A DNA stretch of 64,000 nt from Octopus vulgaris (Eukaryota), in contig OX597827.1 in NCBI GenBank assembly GCA_951406725.2, forward strand, positions 22,258,001-22,322,000. Direction: 5' to 3'. Shown here piece by piece: positions 11,835 through 25,724 of this stretch. A program made the position numbers and the translations under genes. The notes under the pieces were generated by a model, which ran no database searches, was not told the DNA's origin, and saw nothing but the letters and a program-made list of their open reading frames with translations. Within the stretch, counting starts at the first letter, position 1; the number at the start of each line of letters is the position of its first letter.

Positions 11835-13854
11835 CTAGAGTGGAACGAAATGGAAAGTGAAAAACAATTGGAGGACTTAATAAAACTGACAACTAGGGCT
11901 TGGTGCAGCTCTCTGGCTTACCAGTTCCAGTCAAACTGTCTAACCCATGCCAGCACTGAAAACGGACGTTAAATGATGATGATGATGACACTGAGTCTAT
12001 AACAAATACTCCATTTTTTTTTTACTTAGATTTTGTGTATTTTATACATTATTCCTTGAATCATCCAAAGAATAATTCAGTAATGGACAAATCAACAGAT
12101 AGCTGATGGTTTGGACTGTTCTGCCATTATAGAAAGTGGCGTTCCACATTCTGCCCTTGTCTCACTTTGATATCTCTGGTTACACCAAACCAAAGGAGGA
12201 ACAAATTACAATATTCCCGCTTTCTCCAAGTGGACACTCAGCTCTTTTGTAAATGTTCTACTCATTCAAGCTTTACATCTGGCAATGGTGAAATATTTAC
12301 CAATCTTTCCTTCCACGACTATATACAAGTAGATTCTTTATGAACATCTACAAGTACAAAGGATATTATGAAACTTTCAACTTCAATGTTTTCCCAGTTT
12401 GTTGACAGATGAGTCTGAAATCAAGACTCCTTCCCATTTACCTTGCTTTTATTTTCAAAAAAAAAAAGGAAAAAAATTAAATTAATTGATCTTTTTGCAA
12501 TTTTTGTCTGTTAATTGCATAACATCAACTAATTGAAGTTTTCCAACTCACTGTATTTACATGAGTGCCCTAAACACACCCGTTATGTATTTGGAATTCA
12601 AAATTCTCTCCCATGTTACAGTTCTTGTTTGGTGGGTTGATGTTAACCACGTCTTACTGATAAGTCAACTTTAGTCAGTTCCTCGATGGTGGGTTAGTTG
12701 TTGGCAGTGAATTTCTTTTACTCAATAAGTAATGATTTAATACTTTGTCAGCTTCTCATGGTATGAGTTATTCTAGTAAGGCTTCTGTCGTAGGTCGATC
12801 TTACTCATGTTCCTACAATTAATGTTATTCAAGTTTTAGAGATGGATTAAATTTAACTTTTATGGCACATGTCCTGGTGACACGTGAAAAACAACATTTG
12901 AGCATGGTCGTTGCCAGTGCTGCCAGACTGGTTCCCATGCAGGTAGCATGTAAAGAACACCTCTTGAGCATGGTTGTTGCCAGAACTGCCTGACTGGCCC
13001 TCGTGCATGTGGCACTTAAAAGCACCCACTACACTCTTGGAGTGGTTGGCGTTAGGAAAGGCATCCAGCTGTAGAAACTTTGCCAGATCAGATTGAGCCT
13101 CTGGCTCACCAGTCCTCAGTCAAACCGTCCAACCCATGCCACCATGGAAAGCGGACGTTAAACGATGATGATGATCATCATGTGTTCTTTTCTTTTTCTC
13201 ACAGACAATTGTCTGTGGCTTGATGTAGATCTCAGCTGCTATTTCTAGCACCTGTGACCATATATATATAGGCTGGTTTTCTAAACAGTTTCTCAGTGAG
13301 GGTTGGACTTTTAGACAAATGGAACCAAGCATAACACAAGAAATCCGGTGAAGTCTTGGAATGTTATATTTCCTGGTGACACACTAACAGATATCTTTAC
13401 AATGATCTGATCCTTGCCAACAATGACCCACTATTCATTTAAAACCCAATAAAGAATTACTGGTAATGGCTTTAGCAGACTTGAAGGAGCTCATAATTTG
13501 TAATGACAGGAAATAAGTGTAAAAAAAAAAAATACAACAGAGTGAAAAACAAAAAGGCAAGTCTAAGAATAAAAAAAAAAAAGAGTTAAATATAAGATTG
13601 ACAGAAAATTAGTACAAATTTTGGTATATTTTTGTGTAGAGAATGAAGTTCCTAAAAAGTAAAGAGAATTTACTTCCAGATCAAGCATCTCCTGCATCAA
13701 CTTTAATAAATTTTGAACCTGAGCACTCTACACAATACGCTTACAAGAACACAATCTCTTATCCAAATCCCTTGGCAGCAGGTATATTTGGAATTTGGAA
13801 CTATTTTGATTTTGGAAATGGTAGTATAGTATATTTCTATTTTGCATCCGGCAC

Positions 13855-14350
13855 CAGACTGGGAGTTGCAAATAGACCTGAAGGGTCACCTCATCTTCCT
13901 AGAAAAGGTGGTGGTAACATCATTCCGGCCAGACAGGTTCTTGTTCTCCAAGAGTACAAAACAATCATCATGGCTAGACTCACAGAGCCCAGGGAAGATA
14001 GACCAGATATTTCTCAACAGCTGAAGAAAACCAAGTATCAGGACTTGGTCTACAAAGCATTTGTCAAAGGATGGTACGCAGCCTCATTACCAATTGAAGT
14101 TGGCTGTTGCAGCACTATTTCCTGCAGAAGATTGGACTGGAACCCAAACAGCTAAAGAAAACCACAGAGTAGACAGGCATGGCAGCTGAAACCAACTGAA
14201 GGTGACTATGGTTGATAAGAGACCAAAGAAGGAAATCTTCGAGAAGCAGAGACTAATTCAGTCCTTGCTGCCCGAATCAGGTGAATTGTACAGGCTAAGG
14301 GATGAAATGTTCATACCTTTGAGATACCTGCTGATTATGGATTCAGAAGA
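13855..14350 (+). mobile_element. Non-LTR retrotransposon 3' end with restriction-like endonuclease (HERO/R2-group) remnant
   Basis: DWELQIDL...RPD...KTIIMARLTEPREDR...KKTKYQDLV...GW...LPIEVGC (PD-D/E-type RLE motif), frameshifted. Confidence 0.75.
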
Positions 14351-14638
14351 GCTTACAATATTTCTGTTAATCGGAGGAGGACGAAGGTGGCTATGTGGTA
14401 AAAAGTTTGCTTTGCAACCACAATGGGGCAGAACAGTTCTAATGTTTATGTCCACTGTAATGTTGTTACCATGGAGACAGTCCCACTGATGGCAGTGGAA
14501 GACCCACTGACATGCGTGAAAGAACGAACTACAGGTTGGAAAGATGGCATATAACAGTGTTAGAGATGGAATCCCAAAGCACTGCCTCAGCAAGCTACAA
14601 GCACGATCACCACTAGGCTAAGCACCTCTCTCACACAC

Positions 14639-14685
<47 letters not shown>

Positions 14686-14889
14686 TCTGTTGTGTGTGGG
14701 GAGAGTCTATTGAAAAAGTTGCAAGACGCAACGAAATTTTAAAAAAATAAAAAATAAATGTGGAAATTTTACCGGTGAGTGTGTTGAACTATAAGGTACC
14801 CAAAAAGAATGACTCTCCCCAGACACAACAGAATATACTTCAACACACAAACTCACATAAAGAATCTTGCAAACCAAATACAAAAACGA

Positions 14890-14893
14890 TATA

Positions 14894-14928
<35 letters not shown>

Positions 14929-15117
14929 GTATATATATGTATGTATGTATGTATATATATGTATGTATGTATGTATATATATATAAATGTATATATATGT
15001 ATGTATGTATGTATATATATATAAATGTATATATATGTATGTATGTATATATATATATATAAATGTATATATATGTATGTATGTATATATATATATATAA
15101 ATGTATATATATGTATG

Positions 15118-15196
<79 letters not shown>

Positions 15197-15327
15197 GTAT
15201 ATATATATATATGTATGTATGTATGTGTGTATATGTATGTATGTATGTATGTATATATATATATATTGTATGTATGTATGTTATATATATATATATGTAT
15301 GTATGTATATATATATATGTATGTATG

Positions 15328-15412
<85 letters not shown>

Positions 15413-15445
15413 GTATATATATGTATATATATATGTATATATATG

Positions 15446-15480
<35 letters not shown>

Positions 15481-15542
15481 GTATATATATGTATATATAT
15501 ATATATGTATGTATGTATATATTATGTATGTATGTATGTATG

Positions 15543-15602
<60 letters not shown>
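14890..15602. repeat. Compound (TA)n/(TATG)n microsatellite
   Basis: Direct inspection; source of spurious YIYI ORFs. Confidence 0.95.
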
Positions 15603-15603
<1 letters not shown>

Positions 15604-15994
15604 CTTTATACATAAAAGTGAAGTTGCGTGTCTGTCTCCTACGATTTAGATTCCTAACTACTCCCACATTTTGCGTGCAGTGTAACCAAAAGCGGGTATC
15701 TTATAGTCGTGATTCATATTGAGCCCTTCTGGGAGTGCGCGTCTACGATGAGTCTACGATTTAAAACAAAATTTACCATCACTTTTTCCCATTTTCAATG
15801 TATTTTTTTGCTATTATATAAGGGAAGTAACTCTCTAAAAATGTATTATTAAATCTCAGAACGTAAAAAGCTACAGTAACACCACCCCCTTTGTGGTTAG
15901 CCATATTGAGATGGCTATTATACTTTACATCTCTAAAAATGCTTATATAGTTATTTCCCTTACAAACCCGAGCAACGCCGGGCGATACTGCTAG
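15603..15994 (+). mobile_element. Non-autonomous Helitron
   Basis: 5' TC start, 3' GC-rich hairpin CCCGAGCAACGCCGGG about 8-10 nt before terminal CTAG, inserted between A and T in a TA array, no TSD. Confidence 0.75.
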
Positions 15995-16027
<33 letters not shown>

Positions 16028-16190
16028 GGAGGGAGAGAGAGAGGGAGAGAGAGAGAGGGAGAGAGAGGGAGGGAGGGAGAGAGGGGAGGGAGGGAGAGAG
16101 GGGAGGGAGAGAGAGAGAGAGGGAGGGAGAGAGAGAGAGGAGAGAGAGGGAGGGAGAGAGAGAGAGGGAGAGAGAGAGAGGGAGGGAGAA
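15995..16190. repeat. (TA)n plus (GA/GGGA)n purine tract
   Basis: Direct inspection. Confidence 0.95.
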
Positions 16191-16430
16191 AGTGCAAACG
16201 GTGGGGTACATGTGCTACACCTCGGCCGTTCGGAAGGTTCAACACCTCATAGTAATCAGTGAGTGTATACATATAAATAAACGAGTGTATACCATGTGTA
16301 TGCAACACGTTGATATACGAACAAGCGGACTTAATTGAGAAAATATTTGTACACAAAAAGTTCTTCGACTGTGTTTAATTATGTGAGCAAATAAGGAGGA
16401 TAAAGAGGGTTGAGTTGATATAATACCTAC

Positions 16431-16518
16431 CAGCTAAAACGGTGTCTCCTATTATTTTTAGGGCTGTTACTGGTCCCGACTGAAAAGCTTCTTTCAATTT
16501 TGCAGAAACATCAGCCAT
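16431..16518 (-). CDS. WDR6: WD repeat-containing protein 6 (TRM734 homolog), first coding exon
   Basis: ATG at 16518; translates MADVSAKLKEAFQSGPVTALKIIGDTVLAG with the PVTAL N-terminal motif of WDR6; ends phase 1 at donor GTAGGT. A possible acceptor (TTTATTTCAG) at 16571-16580 suggests an upstream UTR exon. Confidence 0.85.
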
Positions 16519-16822
16519 GTTTTACCGGTGTACAAACTTTAAGACGGTGTCACAGGAAAAACTCTCCCGTCTGAAATAAATAGCACAGCGCCGTTGATTC
16601 AACTGTGACACAGTAGATAAGGATGAAAGAAGTTTTGATTGAGGCCACGACATTTTTTATTTAGAAAAAGTGTACTCTGGACCTCATTACTCGATGTGTT
16701 TGTTTTTTTCCCTTTATAAGATGTAATTTTTATGGAGCTTTAACAGCTACACTTAACAAGGCAAACGGTCATTCCATGTCTTTCGATAATTTATCTTGTG
16801 CACTTTGTGTGTATATGTGTGT

Positions 16823-16878
<56 letters not shown>

Positions 16879-17699
16879 TTCCAGAAGCGAGATCGTCTGC
16901 AGAAGTAAAAATTGTATTTATTAGTATAAAAGGCGATTTTTGGTTTCGTTTTCTTTTTTGTTTCTTTATCAGTGTACCTAAATCCAAAGGCCATCGGATG
17001 AAAATATAATTACTTATGTCGTATATCATTCTTCGAGAATGAGAGAAACTGGTATGTCTTTTCTGAACGGTATAATCGTGTGTGCTGGGAGGGTCATTTC
17101 GCCAATAACAACACACGCACTAGTTCAATATCGCTTCTTTATTGTTAGTCAAAGTCCTTTCGTCGCTATTCGCCATCTTCTCATGACTTGTCCTCTCCTC
17201 TCAAGGTTTGCGCTGAGTCTGTCCGAGATCTGATCTTATGCCCGTGTGTATGTACACTTGTAAGTGTTTATGTCACTGTGTGTTTGTTTAGAAGAAGGGT
17301 GAGTGTAAACGAAGAATTTATGTGTGTGTGTCTAAGTGTGAGTGTGTGTCCGTCCAGATCTGAGACCAGATTGACCTAAAAGAGATCATAGATGGCTAAT
17401 GCACACATACCCTCACATACGCATACAAGCAGTGAAGCCGGTGTACACACCCACCCACCCACCCACAATCGCATGCACGCGCGCACGTGCACAAACTTTT
17501 CGTACTTGAATTTATGGGCATGTTCCACAAAACTGATGCCGTAGCATATATTTTTCAATCATAGTTCAGCATCCTCGGTCATGGTCGGAGCAACGATGGA
17601 AGGTGCTTCTGGACCCGCAGTCTCTCGACACTACTCAATCTTTCTGTGTTCTTCCAGTTCATTTGGCCAGAAAACCTTCAGTGGGATTTTACTGTCTCA

Positions 17700-18045
17700 A
17701 ATGAAACAACCGGGTTTTCTGTCCCGTATCCTCAGTGTTACGGCTTTAGATTCTGTACTGACAACAAGGCATATCTCGGGGGTTACAAGGGGTGACAAAG
17801 AATTACAAGTCCGTGCTCACCCTCCTGTTCATACACAAAACGTCAAAACGTCCTTTCCGAACCGTAGGTTCATAACGACGATTTCCTAGATTCTGTAGAG
17901 TATATAATTCCCCCGCCTGCTGAGTGGACAGGGGTAACGTGAGCTGAAGTGTTTTGCTCATGACCTCAACGCATCTCGCAGTCCAGGAATCGAAACTACA
18001 ATCTTCCAATCATGAATGCCACATGACTAAGCCACGGGCCTCCAC
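17700..18045 (-). mobile_element. tRNA-derived SINE family C
   Basis: Reverse-strand GTGGCTTAGTCATGTGG A box and GTTTCGATTCCTGG B box; related heads at 22642(+), 42100(+), 46225(+), 55380(-) and 63038(+). Confidence 0.7.
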
Positions 18046-19458
18046 CGTTCACACATCAGTCCTTACTACTTGTGCGCTTAATACCCGCTCGTACTTCTTT
18101 AGAGGAGCTACAACAAATCAACGCCGTACACCTGACTCTTGTGTTACGCTGTTTTATGAACAGCGGTACAAGCTTTTGGACGGTTGTTTCGTGCATAAGC
18201 TCGTCTTTGGTTCTGAATGTCAAATAGATAATACTAGCCGATATGTCCACAAGTGTTTCATTTAATTCTTGTTTTGTGAGGACCGAAAAAGTAGCCCCTC
18301 CTTTTGTGAAACAAAGAAACCAATTTTGCCCCTGTCCGTTTTTCAGTGAGTTCTTCTGCTTTTGTAGATTAAATTCTTATCAATACAATGTCTTTTAATG
18401 CTATGTTTCAGCCTTTTCTTTTGTTATAACAAGAATTTCAAATATTGGAGGAGCTTGGGTAAAACTAATTCTCTATACATTAACGATGACCTCTCTCTCT
18501 CTTTCTCTCTGTAAGTTTCGAAATTGGTAAAGATGACACAAGTAAACTGCCTGAAAGTCCCGAAAGAAACGGACTGATTCTATTTTGTTTTTTTTTGCAG
18601 GTATCGCGAATATATGCCCGTGTTAAAGCTGAACTATGTAACTGAAATTAGAAACGGCTGAGCTTACTCGATTAAATTGTGTTTAACCTAAGATGGTGGG
18701 AAATTTGACAGGTTAAGCACATATTTTACGTGTACCATCCAACGACAATGGAAACGAGCATTAAGACTGAGATTTCGATCCTTGGTTACAAATCAGTTGT
18801 TTTTGTCTTAGACTCTTGCACTGTGAATAACAGCAGTAACTGCGAAAAGAAACATATTCGGTAAAATCGGAAGACTTAGAAATGACAAGATGGACGCCCT
18901 GAATGGTTACAAAACTGACAAAGTGTGGGTTTCGTTGTTTATAAAATATACTCACAAACAATTATTCAGCCAGTTTAATTGGTCGTAGTAATTACAGGTC
19001 CCCTCCTAGGCTCATTACGTACGTGGGATTCTCGAATGCCAACAAAAATTCTAAGGTGTGCAGTTTTGAGTCAACAGAATTTATCATAAAATGGCCTCAG
19101 TTTAATTCATTTCAGTCGTAACTTATGTAAAATGACCGATTTTGTAAACTGGGTGACTGTAGCATGCCGTTTCTATGCTGCTTCTTCCGTTTGTACCGGA
19201 AGTTGTTTTTTCTTCGTGCAGATTCGACGCATTTACCATGATTCTTTTATTTATTTAACTAGTGATATTTAAATTTCATTCATACATAAAAATAAGTTGA
19301 AATGTGAATAATTGGGGAAGCAGCATTACAGTATCACGCTAGGATAAGAGAACAATCTTAATAATACTAAAATTCTAAGGATGTTTGTGTGTACCTGTAA
19401 TATCCCAGAAATAGTATATTTTATCTTAATTTTTTTACATATTTATTTTCATACTTAC

Positions 19459-19552
19459 CTTCAGCAGTGCAGTACAATTTTTTGCGGCATTTGGACCGCT
19501 ATTTAATAATGAAAACGAGTAAACACAATTTTTGTGTTTACTCGTGACGTCA
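19459..19552 (-). promoter_or_regulatory. Putative WDR6 non-coding first exon and promoter
   Basis: Perfect donor AG|GTAAGT at 19458; upstream perfect palindrome carrying two inverted forkhead-type GTAAACA sites (19515-19545) abutting a CRE TGACGTCA (19545-19552); ETS-like CCGGAAGT near 19196. Confidence 0.45.
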
Positions 19553-19789
19553 ACACACGTACAGAATACACACACATATAATGAATGTCATGGCTAGTCA
19601 ATCAACACAAACACACGTCCGCTTTCTGTGACATATACACACACATAGTCCTCGTGCTCTCTAAGAAAAAAAACGACGTTTTGACGTATACAATATTTTA
19701 TTCATTTTTTTTTGTAGTTTCAGCTCAGAGCTATGGCCATGCTGGAGCACCACCGTTTTGCTATACTGTTATTACTGAGATCCTCCTCT

Positions 19790-20590
19790 AATATGTGGCA
19801 CTTGGTGAAGAATGGAGTTTGATGTAGCTTCCCTCATTTGCACCTCTTGCAGTGAGGTAGGTTCGTCTGGGACTCTCGACAGGAAGAGGTCCAGCTTTGA
19901 TTTAAAAACACCTTCATCTACTTTGTGGAGGTTGCTCAGGCTCTTTGGGAGAGTATTAAAAAGCAGTGGACCCCTGAAATCCAGGCTGTTTCAGTAACTG
20001 GTCCTGAAGCACGATAGCTTTGCTGGGATCTTTGGCACTGTGCAGTGTCGACCCGTTCTGGCATTGGTGTAGCTTTCAAAGCCAAAATTTGGCACAATTC
20101 CTTCCAGGATCTTCCAGATGTATATTACTGCATACCTCTCCTGCCTTCGCTCCAGGGGGTAGAGTCTTAGGTGTTTCAGCTTTTCCCAGTAGCTGAGCCG
20201 TTGCAAAGAGATGATCTCCTTTGTGAAGCTTCGTGGATTGCTTTAAGGTCCACTTATAATTTTACACTGTTGGTTGACCATAGCTGGGAGCAGTAATCCA
20301 GGCGGCCGAGGACGAATGTCTTCCAGAGGACCATCATGGTTTCCTTATCTCTGGTTCTGAATGTTCTCAGGATCCATCCAGCTAGTCGTCCGCATTTTGT
20401 CGCCATCCTGGAAATGTGCACTTGGAAAGAGGCATTATCTCTCATGTCGATACCCAAGTCCCGCACTGATTTAGGCTCTAGTATTGTAATTCCCTGTGGA
20501 CCAGTGTACCCTGAAAGTTTCATATTCAGTTTTGGATGCTGGTAGCGCAGGGCTTGGAATTTTCCAGCATTGAACTGCATATTATTATCC
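19790..20590 (-). mobile_element. CR1/L2-type LINE RT C-terminal fragment
   Basis: MQFNAGKF...VRDLGIDM...GWILRTFRTRD...LDYCSQLW...LSYWEKLKHLRLYPLERRQERY...GPLLFNTLP. Confidence 0.85.
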
Positions 20591-20714
20591 TAGAAATATT
20601 TTTAACTGAATGTGATTTCAAAAATGTAAGTTGTTTGTACAGTAAGTGTTTATATTTTAGCTTTCTTTAAACAGACAATATTTCAATGTTTTTTAAAAAT
20701 TATTTTAAAGTGAA

Positions 20715-21192
20715 TGGCAATCTTTCGCTTGTCATCCGGAGTTCATTAATTTCTGTTAAACTTTTTATCTATCTACTTTTGTTTTAAAGTGAAAGATGTA
20801 TGTATATGTATATGAAATGGACGTGCGTGTGTGAAAGTGAGAGAGAGAGAGTGAGTGAAGGGGTGTGTTGTCATGTATACGTACATACATCAATACATAT
20901 ATATGCATGTTTTTTTGTATGTACGTGTGCATGTGAAAGAGATGAAAGAGGGAGTGAGTGGGTGAACGTGTGTTTTCTTACGTATGTGTAAGTGACACAT
21001 TCTCTCTCATTCTCTCACTGTCACACACACACACACACACACGTCCATTTCATATACACATCCATACACTTTTCACTTTCTACTCTCTTTCACTTTAAAA
21101 CAAAAGTAAATAGATAAAAAATTTTTTACGGAAATTAACGAACAAAACCAGCTAATTCGGGTGACAGTTCTGAGGGTCAAAGCGAAAGATCA
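20715..21192. mobile_element. Fold-back/MITE-like element with long imperfect inverted arms
   Basis: ATCTTTCGCTT...GTTCATTAATTTCTG...TTTTTATCTATCTACTTTTGTTTTAAAGTGAA is mirrored by TTCACTTTAAAACAAAAGTAAATAGATAAAAA...GAAATTAACGAAC...AAGCGAAAGAT. Confidence 0.7.
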
Positions 21193-21614
21193 CCCCAAGG
21201 GAATAACATTACAAAAAATCTTTCGAGTGCATTCAACATATCTCAACTCCTAAGATTTGGATGCTATTTCTAGCACGCCCTGCTACCACCTAACAGCTAT
21301 TTGCGATAAAGGACCTCAAATACCTGTTACATGGTAGCAGGGTGTGCAAGAAATAGCAGCCAAATCCTTCCTTTTCCGGGGAGAGGAGCCGTTTACGCGT
21401 GATTTCGATGTCACATTCGTTGAAAGCATGCGAAATAACCTGGAAAAGAAAAAAGAAAAACCCACGAAGCAAAATTCTGTTGCTGGGGAAACTCAGACTT
21501 TCCAGGTGACCCAACGGGTCATGGGATTGGTTAAGGGAGACAAAGAAAGGACTTTGAAATTTTACTTAAAAATAAGGAGATACAGTTAATATATTAATAT
21601 AAAGAAAATATAAG

Positions 21615-21830
21615 GGGATGAGCTGGCAGACTCGTTAGCACGCCGGACAAAATGCGTGGCGTCATTTAGTTCGTCTTTACGTTCTGAATTCAAAAGCCGC
21701 AGAGGTCGACTTTGCCTTTCATCCTTTTCGGGGCCGATAAAATAAAGTACCAGTTGAGCCCTGCAGTTGATGTAATCAAATTATCCACTCCTCTGAAATT
21801 GCCGGCTTCGTGCCAACATTTGAAACCAAT
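21615..21830 (+). mobile_element. SINE family A copy
   Basis: Same A/B boxes and body as 1358-1576. Confidence 0.8.
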
Positions 21831-22641
21831 ATAAAAAAAAAACTTGTAAATAAAAACATGGTGGGAAAGTCATTTAAGCGTCTAACACGGAGAACCGTTT
21901 ATATTTCATTTGAAAATGATGACACTTCATCATATTGGAGTTTCAAGATTTTCGTTACACCATTTGCAACCTGGTCACTGATGCGATCCCAGTCTAAGAT
22001 GACTGAAAATTAGGTACATCCTTCTCCCCTTCCTCATCATCATCTATATGTGTTATCTACGCTCCGCAGACTGAATATCAAGAATCTCCATTCGGGTATT
22101 TTCTCGGCCATTCTTACACATTCACAATGCGATGATTTAGCCCCCGTCCTTGATGCTGTCAAACAAGCTTTTACCGTTGTATATCTTGTGCTCTTACTCT
22201 CTGACCAAAGAACTGCAGCTTCATTGTTTTTTCAAAATGGTGTGGACCGGGTTTTCTCGAACATTCTAGAATTTGGTTTTCAGTCTCTTATAAAAACCTT
22301 TCGGTGCTCATTTTTACAGCCAGATGACTCTGGAAGACAGTCAAGACAGATGACCAAGATCCTTCGTCGTCACGAACGTAGCACAATTATTTTCAGATAT
22401 TTTGGGCAATCTGTGTGTTGCGTATCAATAGCTTTCTGCAATCTCAGAACAGCATCTCTTTCCCAGTCTGCAATTACTGTTGTTGTTGTTGTTGTTAACT
22501 GTAAAAGGCCAACGCAGTTTATCTTTATGTGCGACAATAAATTCTTCTGCTAAATGTTCGAGGGTACTGTTCAGTTACTTCTTCATGCAGCCTAAGAAAC
22601 ATTCATTAACTCAACCAGTCACCATAGCAGCATCGACCAGT

Positions 22642-22950
22642 GGAGGCGCAATGGCCCAATGGTTAGGGCAGCGGACTCGCGGTTTCGATTCCCTAACTGG
22701 GCGATGTGTGTGTTTATTGAGCGAAAACACCTAAAGCTCCACGAGGCTCCGGCAGGGGGAGATGGCGACCCCTGTTTATACTCTTTCGCTCCAACTTTCT
22801 CTCACTCTTTCTTCCTGTTTCTTGTCCCCGACATCCTGCTGAGCCTGGATGCGCATTCCATCCGTCGATGCTCTTGCTGTCGGGGGCTGACCTGCTTTCT
22901 CTTCTGCGGGTCTTACGAATAGCAAAGGACCACGTTTCGGACTTCTAGGA
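22642..22950 (+). mobile_element. SINE family C variant
   Basis: GGAGGCGCAATGGCCCAATGGTTAGGGCAGCGGACTCGCGGTTTCGATTCC head; body shared with 46280-46400. Confidence 0.75.
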
Positions 22951-23271
22951 CGAAGACCACTTCGCTCAACAAACAAAACAGCATCGACCAAACCTCGTAA
23001 GATTACTCGGAACATTCAATTAATCATCCGCCATATCAGTTTGAGATAGGTTGTGACAGCAAAAAGGAATGTTTAATTTTTGCGCCTAAAGGCCTTATGG
23101 AACATTCTCAAAGGTTTTGGCGAGTTTATAAAAAAATGCCTGGCAAACCGTCTGTCTCTAGACCCATGTTTAATAAGATAATCTTCATCCCTCAACTTGC
23201 TCTTTTGGAGATTATTCCTGTTAGAATCGTTAAGTATGTCCTGGTATATTTTCTTTTCCTTTTTTCTTTTA

Positions 23272-23448
23272 TCTTCTGTCTGTTTCAGTCATTAGACTGC
23301 GGCCATGCTGGGGCACCGCCATGAAGAATTTTCAGTAGAACAAGTACTTATTTTCTTTGGAGCATGGTACTTATTCTATCGGACTCCTTTGTCGAATAGC
23401 TAAGTTATGGAGACTTAAACACACCAACACCGGTTGCCAGGCAGTGGT

Positions 23449-23518
<70 letters not shown>

Positions 23519-23692
23519 AACACACACACGATGGGTTTCTTTTCACTTTTCGTCAAGCAAATCCACTCGCAAGGCTTTGGTCAGCGCGAGGCTATAGTAG
23601 AAGACACTTGCCCAAGGTGCCACGCAGTGGGACCGAATTCAGAACATTGTGACTGGGAAGCAAACTTCTTACCACACAGCCACGCCTGCGCC
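23272..23692 (-). mobile_element. SINE family B copy
   Basis: Reverse complement of 9282-9668 with expanded (CA)n. Confidence 0.85.
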
Positions 23693-24518
23693 TATATTTC
23701 TTCTCTGCTCTTTTGACAATCCATTATTGATTCACGTTATGTATATTCTTTTTTTTAAATATTCAGTGTTATAAATAAACATCGATGAAGATGATTCATT
23801 CTCCTATCAATTACTCAACGTATTAAATATAACACAACTCATTAGTCACTTCCGTTTGCACACAAATATTAGCTTTAGATTTTGGGGAGTTGAGAGGGGT
23901 TAAGTTGACCCAATTGTTTAACTGGTACATATTTTATCGTTCCCGAAAAGATGAAAGGCAAAGTCGACCTCGGGGGAATTTGAACTCAGATGAAATGTCA
24001 CCAAGTATTTTGTCCGGCGTGCTAAGCTCGCCGCCTTACACGCACGCACTAATATTTATATATATCAAATGCCCTCCGGTGAAATGTAAGGCTCAAGTTT
24101 TGGAACCAGGGTTTTTAATAGAAAGACGCCAATGTAGGTCTCTGTACCGACATCGCCCCACTCCGTCCCTTAACTGAAGCACTTGCAGTGGATTTGAACA
24201 CACGCTGCCCTCTCTGTAGTGGTTTGACTCTCTTAGCAGTTCCAGCTGCGTCGCTTCCAATTATGGCATATAAAAATTAAGCAAAACAAAAACGAAAAAA
24301 AAAACAAAAACACATATAAATATAAATAAAGAAATTATCGCGCCATACCATATAAGGTAAAAATTACAATTAGAATTAAACCATATATGAGAAAAATGCG
24401 TTATAACAAAATACACGTTAACAAACACAAAACATACAAACATGAAGTAAAAACAACAAATAACGATAAATTTGAACACCATAAAGTAGGAGTTAAGACG
24501 AAATTGAAAAAGAAAATA

Positions 24519-25045
<527 letters not shown>

Positions 25046-25724
25046 CTACATCAAGGCCAAATAACGTTTTACACAGAATAACACAGCAAGAAGATCAACA
25101 GCACGGAGGCGAAACCATTCTATGGTTTGACTAAAAAGAAACAAAAAATAACAAATTAGCAAATTATTAAGAAAAAAAGAAATTTCAACAAAATGAAATT
25201 TAGAGAAATGTAGAAAGATGCCGGAGAAAAGGCTTGTGTTAATAACATAGGAAGACTTACGTGAGCACTTGGATTAAGTTTTATCTCAGCCAGTCGTTCC
25301 ACAAAACTACTTGTTATGGTTTCTGTAGATTAACATCCTCGTTGCTGTTGTTGTTGTTGCTGCTTCCTTTCTCGGATTTTTATGCTATTCTGTCGGATAT
25401 TGTTGCCACTGGGAAAGAATTACGATCGGTAACCTTGACAGCCAACTCTTGTTACTTACTGATTTAGTTTTCTGCTTTCTTTTTCATTTTTCGTTTCCTG
25501 AAAGCTCTCCAACGGATCCCCATAAAGCTGTTTATGTATTCGTGTCAACACTGTACGACGACGTCTTATAGGATTTTAGTCGAGCCTCCATTGTCAAACT
25601 AACACACTTGCATAAATGCCAGGATTTTGATAAGTTTTCGTCACCTAAGCGAAACAGACTGTGAACACACACACACATACACACTTAAATATGTATGTAT
25701 ATTTACACGTATATAAGAGATAAT

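Noticed and set aside
13643-14155. 170-aa ORF as a host gene
   Set aside because: The C-terminal half is a frameshifted retrotransposon endonuclease; the N-terminal half has no recognisable features.
14760-15722. Long YIYI/VCMY ORFs (also at 32082-33331, 48044-48496, 62171-62699 and 63445-63998) and the poly-Ile ORF 24387-25064
   Set aside because: Translations of stop-free microsatellites.
19451-19500. U1 snRNA-like start (ATACTTACCT) followed by an Sm-like AATTTTTTG
   Set aside because: No U1 stem-loops follow and the segment is far too short; better explained as the complement of a perfect splice donor on the minus strand.
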